From Candidatus Eiseniibacteriota bacterium (GTDB lineage: Bacteria; Eisenbacteria; RBG-16-71-46; JABDJR01; JAWXBZ01): a DNA stretch of 17,544 nt. The stretch lies in the NCBI GenBank assembly GCA_034440375.1, contig JAWXBZ010000187.1, positions 1 to 17,544 on the forward strand, written 5' to 3'. Made by a program: the position numbers and the translations under genes. Position 1 is the first letter of the stretch; the number at the start of each line of letters is the position of its first letter. Shown here piece after piece: positions 7,370 through 15,527 of the stretch. The notes under the pieces were generated by a model that was not told where the DNA came from, ran no database searches, and worked only from the letters and a program-made list of their open reading frames with translations.

Positions 7370-9613
7370 TCAGGAATTCCGGGGGGCCGACCCCGCCACA
7401 CGGGCACCGAATGCCTTCGACTCCGGTGCCAGCAGCGTCAACCCGTTCGCGATCACCAGGAGGCTCACGCCCATGTCCGCCGCGATCGCGGCCCAGAGTG
7501 ACGCCATGCCCAGCATCGTCAACACGAGGAACACCACCTTGATGCCGATGGCCAGCGCGATGTTCGTCCGGATCACCGAGAGTGTCCGCCTCGAATGGCG
7601 CACCAGCCAGGGAATCTTCGCCAGGTCATCGGACATGAGCGCAATATCGGCAGTCTCGATGGCGGCATCGGAACCGGCCGCGCCCATCGCAATGCCAACC
7701 GTTGCTCGCGCCAGTGCCGGGGCGTCGTTGATGCCGTCGCCGACCATGGCCACGCGGCCATGATGCGCCACCAGGGTTTCGACCGCCGATACCTTGTCCC
7801 TGGGCGAGAGATCGGCCTGAACCTCGTCGACGCCAGCCTCTGTGGCGATGGCCGCGGCCGTCCCGCGGTTATCGCCGGTCAACAGGACGATCGGCCGAAT
7901 CCCGAGCTCGTGGAGTTCGGCCAGCACCGCCCGGGCCTCGGGCCGCAGGCGGTCCGTGGCGGTCAGGAATCCGCAGACATGCCGGTCGTTGCCGATGACA
8001 ACCACCGAGTGGCCGTCGGCGCTCAGCGCCTCCAATCGCTCGTGCACCTCCCTGGTTTCCTGCCCCCGTTCCTCGAGATACCGATGCGATCCCAGCCAGT
8101 ACTCCCGCCCTTCGAACGTGCCATGCACCCCCTTGCCGGGCACGACCTGGTGTGAGCCTCCCGCCGCCGGTACAACCCCCTGCCGCCGCGCGCCTTCGAG
8201 GACGGCCGCGGCCAGCGGGTGGTTGCTGGCCGACTCCAGCGCCGCGGCCCGCGAGAGAAGCTCGACTTGATCGTGTCCGTTCATCGGCACGACTTCGGCC
8301 AGCGTCAACCTCCCCTCGGTCAGCGTGCCGGTCTTGTCGAAAGCGAAGGCGACCAGCCGCGCGGGCGCCTCGAGAGCCGCGCCCCCCTTGATGAGAACGC
8401 CGTTACGCGCCGCGCGCGCCAGGCCCGCCACCACGCAAACCGGCGTCGAAATGACCAGTGCGCAGGGACAGCCGATGACCAGCAGCACCAGCGCCCGATA
8501 GATCCATTCACTCCACGGCTCCGCGAACAGGAGCGGCGGTACGACCGCCACGAGGGTCGCCAGCGCCAGGATCACCGGGGTGTAGATCCGGGCAAAGCCG
8601 TCGACCCAGCGTTCGGCGGGTGCCCGATGCGTTTGCGCCTCCTCGACCAGTCGAATGATGTGATGAAGTGTCGTCTCCTCCAGCGGTTTGGACGCCTCGA
8701 TGGTCAGCGCGCCGTCCTCGTTGATCGAACCGGCGAACACGCCATCGCCGGGCATCTTCGACACCGGGATGCTCTCGCCGGTGATTGGCGCCTGGTTCAC
8801 CGAACCGACCCCGGAGACGATCACGCCATCAATCGGAATCCGTTCTCCCGGCCGCACCATGATTCGATCGCCCGGCACGAGGACCGCCGGCGCCACCATC
8901 GCTTCATGACCGTGCGCATCAACCCGCCGCGCCAGCGCCGGCGAAAGATCGAGCAGCGATTGCACCGCCTTCCGCGCGCGGCCGAGACTCCACGACTCCA
9001 TCTCCAGCGACAGCGCGAACAGAAACGCCACCGACCCCGCCTCGAACCATTCGCCGAGCGCGATGGCGCCGATGACGGCCAGCGTCATCAGGAGGTTCAT
9101 GTCGGGCGAGCGGCGACGAACGGCCGCGATGGCCCTTGGTGCCACCAGCCAGAAAGCGGCCGCCACGGCCAGGGCAAACAGACACTGCGCCAGGAGGGGC
9201 GTCGGTGGCCCGCCGGCCGCCTCGTGCCCCAGCGTCTCGGTCCAACCGGTCAGCGCCACCTGCGCGATGAATCCGCCCATCGCGCCGAGGCCGCTCACGA
9301 CGGTCAGCCGGGTCCTTTGCCGCGCGCGGCCGTCTCGAACCGCGCCGCCGGCCGCCCCCGGCCGCCAGGGCTCGGCCGTCATCCCCGCCCGCCGAACGCC
9401 GGCGAGAATGTCACTCTCCGGCGTGGCGGGGGCGCCGCTCACGATCATCCGTCCGTTGAGCAGGTCAAAGGCCAGGCGATCGTCACCACCCACCAGCGGC
9501 CCGATTTCCCGCCGGAGCAGGGCCACTTCCTCGGCACAGTCCATTCCCCGTATCTTGAAGGCACGGGCTGCCGCTTCCGGCCGGCCGGCGGGATCGATTG
9601 ACGTCTTTTCCAT
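7370..9613 (-). CDS. cadA: Heavy-metal translocating P1B-type ATPase (Zn/Cd/Pb, CadA/ZntA-like), 747 aa
   Basis: HMA domain GMDCAEE, TGES, CPC, DKTGT, SNHP, TGDN and GDGINDAP motifs. C-terminal transmembrane Lys (GIK) and Asp (ADMG) fit subclass P1B-2. Confidence 0.93.
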   Translation of the reverse strand: MEKTSIDPAGRPEAAARAFKIRGMDCAEEVALLRREIGPLVGGDDRLAFDLLNGRMIVSGAPATPESDILAGVRRAGMTAEPWRPGAAGGAVRDGRARQRTRLTVVSGLGAMGGFIAQVALTGWTETLGHEAAGGPPTPLLAQCLFALAVAAAFWLVAPRAIAAVRRRSPDMNLLMTLAVIGAIALGEWFEAGSVAFLFALSLEMESWSLGRARKAVQSLLDLSPALARRVDAHGHEAMVAPAVLVPGDRIMVRPGERIPIDGVIVSGVGSVNQAPITGESIPVSKMPGDGVFAGSINEDGALTIEASKPLEETTLHHIIRLVEEAQTHRAPAERWVDGFARIYTPVILALATLVAVVPPLLFAEPWSEWIYRALVLLVIGCPCALVISTPVCVVAGLARAARNGVLIKGGAALEAPARLVAFAFDKTGTLTEGRLTLAEVVPMNGHDQVELLSRAAALESASNHPLAAAVLEGARRQGVVPAAGGSHQVVPGKGVHGTFEGREYWLGSHRYLEERGQETREVHERLEALSADGHSVVVIGNDRHVCGFLTATDRLRPEARAVLAELHELGIRPIVLLTGDNRGTAAAIATEAGVDEVQADLSPRDKVSAVETLVAHHGRVAMVGDGINDAPALARATVGIAMGAAGSDAAIETADIALMSDDLAKIPWLVRHSRRTLSVIRTNIALAIGIKVVFLVLTMLGMASLWAAIAADMGVSLLVIANGLTLLAPESKAFGARVAGSAPRNS

Positions 9614-9619
9614 CGTGGA

Positions 9620-9628
9620 AGCGTATCA
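9620..9628 (-). promoter_or_regulatory. Putative extended -10 element (TGATACGCT) for a leaderless ATPase transcript
   Basis: TGnTAnnnT ends 6 nt before ATG 9613, with no Shine-Dalgarno motif. Confidence 0.6.
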
Positions 9629-9649
9629 AGAATCGAGAGAACCCCGGGC

Positions 9650-11206
9650 ATGACCAATCCCTTGATCGTCGAACTTGACAGCGGAACCATCCGGGGCCGG
9701 CTCGTGCCCGCCGGCGATGTCCGGCTCTTCAAGGGGATTCCCTTCGCCGACACGACGGCGGGCAGAAACCGCTGGCGGCCGCCGCAACCGGTGAAACCGT
9801 GGACGGGCACCCGCGAGATGCTCGAACCGGGGCCCGTTTGCCCGCAGCCGAAAGCCGTCATCTGGCCGATCAGGAATCCGCAGGATGAAGACTGCCTCTC
9901 GCTGAATGTGTGGGCGCCGATTGGTGGGACCACCTCGATCGCCAGCTTCGTTCCTCCAACCGGCCCCGGCGCCCCGGTCATGCTCTGGATTCACGGCGGC
10001 GGTTTTTCAACCGGCGCCGGCTCCACGATCTTCTTCGACGGCGAGGAACTGGCCCGCCTGGGAGCGGTCGTCATCACGATCAATTATCGATTGGGACCAT
10101 TCGGCTTCCTGGCCCATTCCGCGCTGTCGGCGGAATCGCCGGAGGGGGTTTCGGGTAACGCGGGGTTGCTGGATCAGGTGGCCGCGCTCGGGTGGGCTCG
10201 GCGCCATGCGGCCGCATTCGGCGGCAATCCCGATTGCGTCACGGTCTTCGGCGAATCGGCCGGTGCCGCCAGCATCGCCCGGCTCCTCGTATCTCCGAAG
10301 GCAGCCGGGCTCTTCCATCGCGCCATCCTGCAAAGCGGCCATGCCCGGGGGCGCAACCGCTGGCTGAGGCGCGATACGCCCGGCTTCAAGGCCGCAGAAA
10401 CCGTGGGGGCCGAGATTGCCGCGCGACTCGGCGACATGGCCGACGACCCGGCCGACCTACGCCGTTCCCTGCGCGGTAAGCCCACCGCCGACATCCTGTC
10501 CGCCGCCGACCCCGCGCAGGGGCTGTACGGCGGCGGCATCAAGTTCGCCCCCGTCGTGGATGGCGTCATCCTTCCGGACGATCCGGAGAGATTGTTTGGC
10601 CTCGGCCACTTTCACCCCGTGCCGATCCTGATCGGCACCAACGCCGATGAAGGCTCGATCTTCACGGAGGCCACCCGCATCGGGACCCGCGAGGCCTTCG
10701 CCGCCATGCTCCGCCGACGTTTCGGCCCGCTGGCCGATGCGGCGGCCCGCCTCTACCCGGCAAAGGCGGATGAAGCCATTCCCGGCGCCCTGGTCCGCCT
10801 GATCACCGATGCCAGCTTCGTCGCGCCAGTCCGCTCGCTCGCGCGACACCTCTCATCCCATGCCCCGGGCACCACGTGGATGTACCATTTCACGAGGGTC
10901 TCCCCTGCCGGACGAAAGAGCGGGCGCGGCGCTTTCCACGCCGCGGACGTCTCCTACGTCTTCAATCGTGTCGGAAATCCCCTGGCCTACGACGAGGTGG
11001 ATCGAGAACTGGCCCGTGAGATGTCCGCCACCTGGTGTCGATTTGCCAGGACCGGGCAAGCCGACTGGGCGCCGTTCAATGCCGCGAATGAGCCCTACCG
11101 TGAATTCGGCGACACGATTCGGGATGGCCATCATCTCCGTCGTGAAGCCGCCGATCTGATGGATCAGGCGATGGCCGCCCGCTTGCCCGACGGCGATGGC
11201 CAGTGA
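9650..11206 (+). CDS. Type-B carboxylesterase/lipase (PnbA-like), 518 aa
   Basis: FKGIPFA, EDCLSLNVWAP, HGGGF oxyanion hole, NYRLG, GESAG nucleophile, NADEG acid and FHAAD histidine. Confidence 0.95.
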   Translation: MTNPLIVELDSGTIRGRLVPAGDVRLFKGIPFADTTAGRNRWRPPQPVKPWTGTREMLEPGPVCPQPKAVIWPIRNPQDEDCLSLNVWAPIGGTTSIASFVPPTGPGAPVMLWIHGGGFSTGAGSTIFFDGEELARLGAVVITINYRLGPFGFLAHSALSAESPEGVSGNAGLLDQVAALGWARRHAAAFGGNPDCVTVFGESAGAASIARLLVSPKAAGLFHRAILQSGHARGRNRWLRRDTPGFKAAETVGAEIAARLGDMADDPADLRRSLRGKPTADILSAADPAQGLYGGGIKFAPVVDGVILPDDPERLFGLGHFHPVPILIGTNADEGSIFTEATRIGTREAFAAMLRRRFGPLADAAARLYPAKADEAIPGALVRLITDASFVAPVRSLARHLSSHAPGTTWMYHFTRVSPAGRKSGRGAFHAADVSYVFNRVGNPLAYDEVDRELAREMSATWCRFARTGQADWAPFNAANEPYREFGDTIRDGHHLRREAADLMDQAMAARLPDGDGQ

Positions 11207-11245
11207 AGCACGCCACGGCCGGCCCATGAGCCGCATGAGCTGCCC

Positions 11246-11275
11246 CTGACGAATCCAGCCCCGATCCCGTAGAAT
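11246..11275 (+). promoter_or_regulatory. Possible sigma70-type promoter for the STAS gene
   Basis: CTGACG (11246-11251), an 18-nt spacer, then TAGAAT (11270-11275). Confidence 0.35.
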
Positions 11276-11329
11276 CCAGCGGTCGAATCCAAAATCCACA
11301 CCGCACCCATCATCCAGGGGATACCCGCG

Positions 11330-11677
11330 ATGTCCGATGCCAGCAAGGTCACGCTTCGAAAGGTGAAAGACATCCTCGTTGTTCAGCTTCCGGCCGCCCT
11401 GTCCGCCGACACCAGGGAAGACTTCAATGAGAAGGTCCAGTACGCCCTGGCCGACACCCCCGCCGTCCTGATCCTCGATTTCGCCAAAGTCCGGTCGGCC
11501 GACGCGGAGGGCCTGCAATCGATTCATTTCGCGTTCCTGCGATGCGATGAGATCGACACCCCCCTGATCCTGGCAGCGGTCTCCGACACCATTCGACCGG
11601 CACTGGTCGAGGCGGGATATTTCGAGAAGGCGGAAGAAGCGGTGACGGCGGATGAGGCGGTGGAGAAGAATCTTTAG
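11330..11677 (+). CDS. STAS-domain protein (anti-sigma factor antagonist-like), 115 aa
   Basis: Size and pattern ILVVQL...LILDFAKVRSADAEGL...LILAAVSDTIRPAL...EEAVTADEAV. AGGGG precedes the ATG. Confidence 0.78.
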   Translation: MSDASKVTLRKVKDILVVQLPAALSADTREDFNEKVQYALADTPAVLILDFAKVRSADAEGLQSIHFAFLRCDEIDTPLILAAVSDTIRPALVEAGYFEKAEEAVTADEAVEKNL

Positions 11678-11990
11678 CGGCGCAAAAGTCCGCGCCCGCA
11701 GGTAATCACCGCCTCGATGGCCCGATCCACGTCGGCCCGATGGGTCCGGTTGCTGAGAACCACCATTCGAAGGACGAACTTTCCATCGAGCTGCGGAGGC
11801 CGATCAGATCGGCCATCCAACGGATCAACTGATTCTCCATCCGCGCGGCGCCGGGGCTGGAGTGCGAGTGGGCCGAGAACGCGTTGGCGTTGGCGGCCAG
11901 GAAATCGGCCAGGGCCGAGTGGTAGAGCTGACTGCTGGGGATGTAGGCCATCATGCCGGCATGGGCACTGTTGATCCCAAGCTGATGAAG
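11674..11990 (-). pseudogene. Remnant of a group II PLP-dependent (aromatic amino acid-type) decarboxylase
   Basis: GINSAHAGMMAYIPSSQLYHSALADFLAA...SPGAARMENQLIRWMADLIGL (early part) is joined out of frame near 11795 to QLDGKFVLRMVVLSNRTHRADVDRAIEAV (extreme C-terminus). The PLP-binding core and the native start are missing. Confidence 0.8.
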
Positions 11991-12020
11991 CCATGTCTGG
12001 AAACCGTCGACCCTCCCCCG

Positions 12021-12026
12021 TATACT
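12021..12026 (+). promoter_or_regulatory. Putative -10 element (TATACT) of the sdh operon
   Basis: Near-consensus hexamer 45 nt upstream of ATG 12072; GGAG at 12059-12062; no good -35. Confidence 0.4.
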
Positions 12027-12071
12027 GCGCCCCTTCCAAGCAGGACGTCATGCACCTCGGAGAAATGGCCG

Positions 12072-12878
12072 ATGTCCCACGTCGCTACGGCACTGCCGAT
12101 TCAAAGGCGCTTTGGTCAGACCATGAGGCGCGACAACTGGTGGATCGAGCCCCTGGCCACCTTCGCAGCGCTGTTCGCATTTCTGATCTACGCCAACTGG
12201 GCCGCCTTCCAGAACGCTCACTACACGTTCGGGCCTTATCTCTCGCCGTTCTACTCGCCGGAACTCTGGGGCAGCTCGCATCACGCCTGGTTTGGTCCGA
12301 AACCTTCCTGGTGGCCGGGCTTTCTTCCCTTCTCGCCGGCACTCCTGGTCTTGTGGGCGCCCGGCGGTTTCCGGATGACCTGCTATTACTATCGCGGCGC
12401 CTACTACAAGGCGTTCATCGCCGATCCGGTTTCCTGCTCGGTAGGCGAGCCGAAGCGGAGCTACAAGGGCGAGACCGGGTTTCCGCTGATCCTCCAGAAC
12501 CTGCATCGCTACTTCATGTACCTGGCACTTCCCTTTCTCCTGATCCTGGCCTACGACGTCTGGAAAGCGCTCTGGTTCACCGACCCGGCCACGGGGCAAA
12601 CCTCCTTCGGCATCGGCATCGGCACGATCATCCTGGCCATCAATGTCTGCCTGCTCAGCGGCTACGTTCTGGGATGCCACTCGCTCCGGCACTGGGTTGG
12701 CGGCAAGCTGGATCGTCTCTCGAAATCGCCCCTGCGACAGAAGGCCTACGATTGTTCGTCGTGCCTCAATCGCCGGCACATGAGCTGGGCCTGGCCGAGT
12801 CTCGTGTGGGTGGCTTTCTGCGACATCTACGTCCGACTCTGTTCCATGGGGATCTGGCACGACTGGAGGATTCTTTGA
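12072..12878 (+). CDS. sdhC: Succinate dehydrogenase membrane anchor, mycobacterial Sdh1 (Rv0249c)-like, 268 aa
   Basis: RRDNWW, YLSPFYSP, FRMTCYYYRGAYYKAF, QNLHRYF, GCHSLRH and LNRRHM motifs. Several TM segments; directly upstream of sdhA. Confidence 0.85.
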   Translation: MSHVATALPIQRRFGQTMRRDNWWIEPLATFAALFAFLIYANWAAFQNAHYTFGPYLSPFYSPELWGSSHHAWFGPKPSWWPGFLPFSPALLVLWAPGGFRMTCYYYRGAYYKAFIADPVSCSVGEPKRSYKGETGFPLILQNLHRYFMYLALPFLLILAYDVWKALWFTDPATGQTSFGIGIGTIILAINVCLLSGYVLGCHSLRHWVGGKLDRLSKSPLRQKAYDCSSCLNRRHMSWAWPSLVWVAFCDIYVRLCSMGIWHDWRIL

Positions 12879-14695
12879 GCGCCGATGTCCAGACGATTGA
12901 TCACGACGTCCTGATCATCGGGGCCGGTGGGGCCGGACTGTCGGCGGCCATCCAGGCCTCCGGCAAGGGGCAGAAGGTCGGCGTCATCTGCAAGTCGCTG
13001 CTCGGCAAGGCGCATACGGTGATGGCCGAGGGGGGCATCGCCGCCGCCATGGCCAATGTCGATGAGCGCGACACCTGGAAAGTCCACTTTGCCGACACGA
13101 TGCGCGGCGGGCAGTATCTCAACCACTTCCGGATGGCCGAGTTGCACGCGAAGGAGTCGCCCGCCGCGGTTCGCGAGTTGGAGGCCTTCGGCGCCCTGTT
13201 CGATCGGACGAAGGACGGCCGAATCCTCCAGCGCAACTTTGGCGGTCACCGCTACCCGCGCCTGGCGCATGTCGGCGATCGTACCGGTCTCGAGATGATC
13301 CGCACGCTTCAGGATCATGGCATCCACCAGGGAATGGATGTGCACATGGAGTGCACGGTCATTGCGCTCCTGAAGGACGGGGGGCGGATTTCCGGTGCCC
13401 TGACCTACGACCGGGAGCGCGGCTACTTCCGCGTGTTCCGATGCAAGGCCATCGTCATGGCCACGGGCGGCATTGGCCGGGCGTTCCGGGTGACCAGCAA
13501 CAGCTGGGAATACACCGGCGACGGCCAGGCGCTGGCCTACGAGGCCGGTGCCGAACTGATGGACATGGAATTCGTTCAGTTTCACCCGACCGGCATGGTC
13601 TGGCCACCGAGCGTGCAGGGAATCCTCGTCACCGAAGGTGTGCGCGGCGAGGGAGGCGTTCTTCGCAACAAGGAGGGGCGCCGATTCATGTTCGACGACA
13701 TCCCGGAGAACTACCGCGGGCAGACGGCGGACAATGAAGAGGAAGGTTGGCGCTACACCCAGGGTGATCGCAACGCCCGCCGGCCGCCGGAACTGTTGAC
13801 GCGCGACCACGTGGCCCGCTGCATCATGCGCGAAGTCAAGGCGGGACGCGGCAGCCCGCGGAATGGCGTGTATCTCGACATCTCCTGGATCAAGGAGAAG
13901 CTGCCGAATGCTGCCGAACACATCAGGAAAAAGCTGCCGAGCATGTATCACCAGTTCAAGCAGCTCGCCAACATCGACATCACGAAGGCACCGATGGAAG
14001 TCGGCCCGACGACCCATTACATGATGGGTGGTGTGCGCGTCGATCCGGACACGCAGATGTCCTGCGTGCCGGGCCTTTTTGCCGCCGGCGAATGCGCGGC
14101 GGGGCTGCACGGAGCCAATCGGCTCGGCGGGAATTCGCTGTCGGATCTCCTGGTCTTCGGCAAGCGGGCGGGGACATTTGCCGCCGATTTCGCGGGCAAG
14201 CACGATGCGGGGGCCATCAATGCAGCCGAGGTCGAGGCTCATATGGCTGCGGCCGTGGCGCCGTTCGAGCGGTCGGGGGCCGGTGGGGAGTCGCCTTATC
14301 GGTTGCAGAAGGAATTGCAGGACATCATGCAGGATGATGTCGGCATTGTGAGGAATGAAGCGGAGATGATGCGTGCGCTCGGGGCACTGCAGCCGCTCAA
14401 GGCGCGGCTGGAGGTAGTGGCAATCGATGGCAATCGCCACTACAACCCGGGCTGGCACCTGACCCTTGATCTCAAGAACATGCTCATCGTGTCCGAGGCG
14501 ATCGCCCGTTCGGCGCTGGATCGGAAGGAAAGCCGCGGCGCACATTTTCGCGAGGACTTTCCGGCCAAGTCCGATGAGGCCGGCCGCTTCAACCTGATGC
14601 TCAAGAGAAACGGGGATGGAAGCATGAACCTGTCGCGGATTCCGGTGCCTGAGTTGCCCCCCGAGCTTGCGGCCGTGATCGAGGAGAACGCCTGA
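12875..14695 (+). CDS. sdhA: Succinate dehydrogenase/fumarate reductase flavoprotein subunit, 606 aa (TTG start)
   Basis: IIGAGGAG, KAHTVMAEGG (covalent FAD His), QFHPTG, TEGVRGEGG, HGANRLGGNSL and ESRGAH motifs. GGAGGA precedes TTG 12875, which overlaps the upstream stop (TTGA). Confidence 0.96.
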   Translation: MSADVQTIDHDVLIIGAGGAGLSAAIQASGKGQKVGVICKSLLGKAHTVMAEGGIAAAMANVDERDTWKVHFADTMRGGQYLNHFRMAELHAKESPAAVRELEAFGALFDRTKDGRILQRNFGGHRYPRLAHVGDRTGLEMIRTLQDHGIHQGMDVHMECTVIALLKDGGRISGALTYDRERGYFRVFRCKAIVMATGGIGRAFRVTSNSWEYTGDGQALAYEAGAELMDMEFVQFHPTGMVWPPSVQGILVTEGVRGEGGVLRNKEGRRFMFDDIPENYRGQTADNEEEGWRYTQGDRNARRPPELLTRDHVARCIMREVKAGRGSPRNGVYLDISWIKEKLPNAAEHIRKKLPSMYHQFKQLANIDITKAPMEVGPTTHYMMGGVRVDPDTQMSCVPGLFAAGECAAGLHGANRLGGNSLSDLLVFGKRAGTFAADFAGKHDAGAINAAEVEAHMAAAVAPFERSGAGGESPYRLQKELQDIMQDDVGIVRNEAEMMRALGALQPLKARLEVVAIDGNRHYNPGWHLTLDLKNMLIVSEAIARSALDRKESRGAHFREDFPAKSDEAGRFNLMLKRNGDGSMNLSRIPVPELPPELAAVIEENA

Positions 14696-15444
14696 TGGCG
14701 GCCGTGACGTTTCGAGTCTGGCGCGGCAACCGGGAAGAAGGGGCCCTGCGTGACTACACCACCGACAGCGGGGAGGGGATGGTGGTCCTCGACGTCCTGC
14801 ACAAGATCCAGGCCGAGCAGGCACCCGACATGGCCATCCGCTGGAATTGCAAGGCGGGGAAGTGCGGCTCCTGCTCCGCAGAGGTCAACGGCAAGCCGCG
14901 CCTCATGTGCATGACCCGGATGGACGAACTCGACACCTCGCAGCCGATCACCGTGGAGCCGATGCGGGCCTTTCCGCTGATCAAGGACCTGGTCACCGAC
15001 GTGTCGTGGAATTTCGAGGTCAAGAAAAGGATCAAGCCGTTCAAGCCGCGCCCGCCGGATAATCCCGACGGCACCTGGCGTATCGACTCGCGCGACACCG
15101 AGCGGGTGCAGGAATTTCGAAAGTGCATCGAATGCTTCCTGTGCCAGGACGTCTGCCATGTCCTGCGCGATCACCATCTCCACGACAAATTCATCGGGCC
15201 GCGCTTTCTCGTGTACGCGGCGGCGCTGGAGATGCATCCGCTGGATATCGAGGATCGTACCGACGATTTGAAGGATGCGCATGGCCTCGGTTTCTGCAAT
15301 ATCACCAAGTGCTGCACGAAGGTCTGCCCGGAGTCGATCACGATTACCGACAACGCCATCATTTCGTTGAAAGAGCGGGTGGCCGATCGGCATTACGACG
15401 TGCTGGGCCGGATCCTGAACGCCGTCCGCGGGAAGAAGGGGTGA
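14695..15444 (+). CDS. sdhB: Succinate dehydrogenase/fumarate reductase iron-sulfur subunit, 249 aa
   Basis: CKAGKCGSC...LMC, CIECFLCQDVC and CNITKCCTKVCP cluster motifs. TGATG coupling to sdhA. Confidence 0.96.
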   Translation: MAAVTFRVWRGNREEGALRDYTTDSGEGMVVLDVLHKIQAEQAPDMAIRWNCKAGKCGSCSAEVNGKPRLMCMTRMDELDTSQPITVEPMRAFPLIKDLVTDVSWNFEVKKRIKPFKPRPPDNPDGTWRIDSRDTERVQEFRKCIECFLCQDVCHVLRDHHLHDKFIGPRFLVYAAALEMHPLDIEDRTDDLKDAHGLGFCNITKCCTKVCPESITITDNAIISLKERVADRHYDVLGRILNAVRGKKG

Positions 15445-15527
15445 GCCTGTCGGGGGGCTGTACCGCGCGGCGAGTGCCGACCGCGCGGCGAGTGCCGACC
15501 ACCCCGCGGAAGCAACGCTCGTCATGA
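15441..15527 (+). CDS. Possible 28-aa linker mini-ORF (MSLSGGCTARRVPTARRVPTTPRKQRSS)
   Basis: Its GTG overlaps the sdhB stop (GTGA) and its TGA overlaps the next ATG (ATGA). Confidence 0.3.
   Translation: MSLSGGCTARRVPTARRVPTTPRKQRSS
15462..15500 (+). repeat. Tandem 18-bp duplication ACCGCGCGGCGAGTGCCG (2 copies plus ACC)
   Basis: Exact copies at 15462-15479 and 15480-15497. Confidence 0.95.

Noticed and set aside
9520-9560. GMDCAEE instead of GMxCxxC in the ATPase metal-binding domain
   Set aside because: Cys/Glu variants are known among Zn/Cd P1B ATPases; not novel.
8219-9601. 460-aa plus-strand ORF
   Set aside because: Antisense shadow of the P1B ATPase, expected in GC-rich DNA.
11993-12874. 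Apparent 294-aa N-terminal extension making SdhA 900 aa (possible anchor fusion)
   Set aside because: It is an alternative frame over the anchor gene with low-complexity translation. SdhA has its own GGAGGA and TTG at 12875.
12827-14824. 665-aa minus-strand ORF
   Set aside because: Antisense shadow of sdhA.
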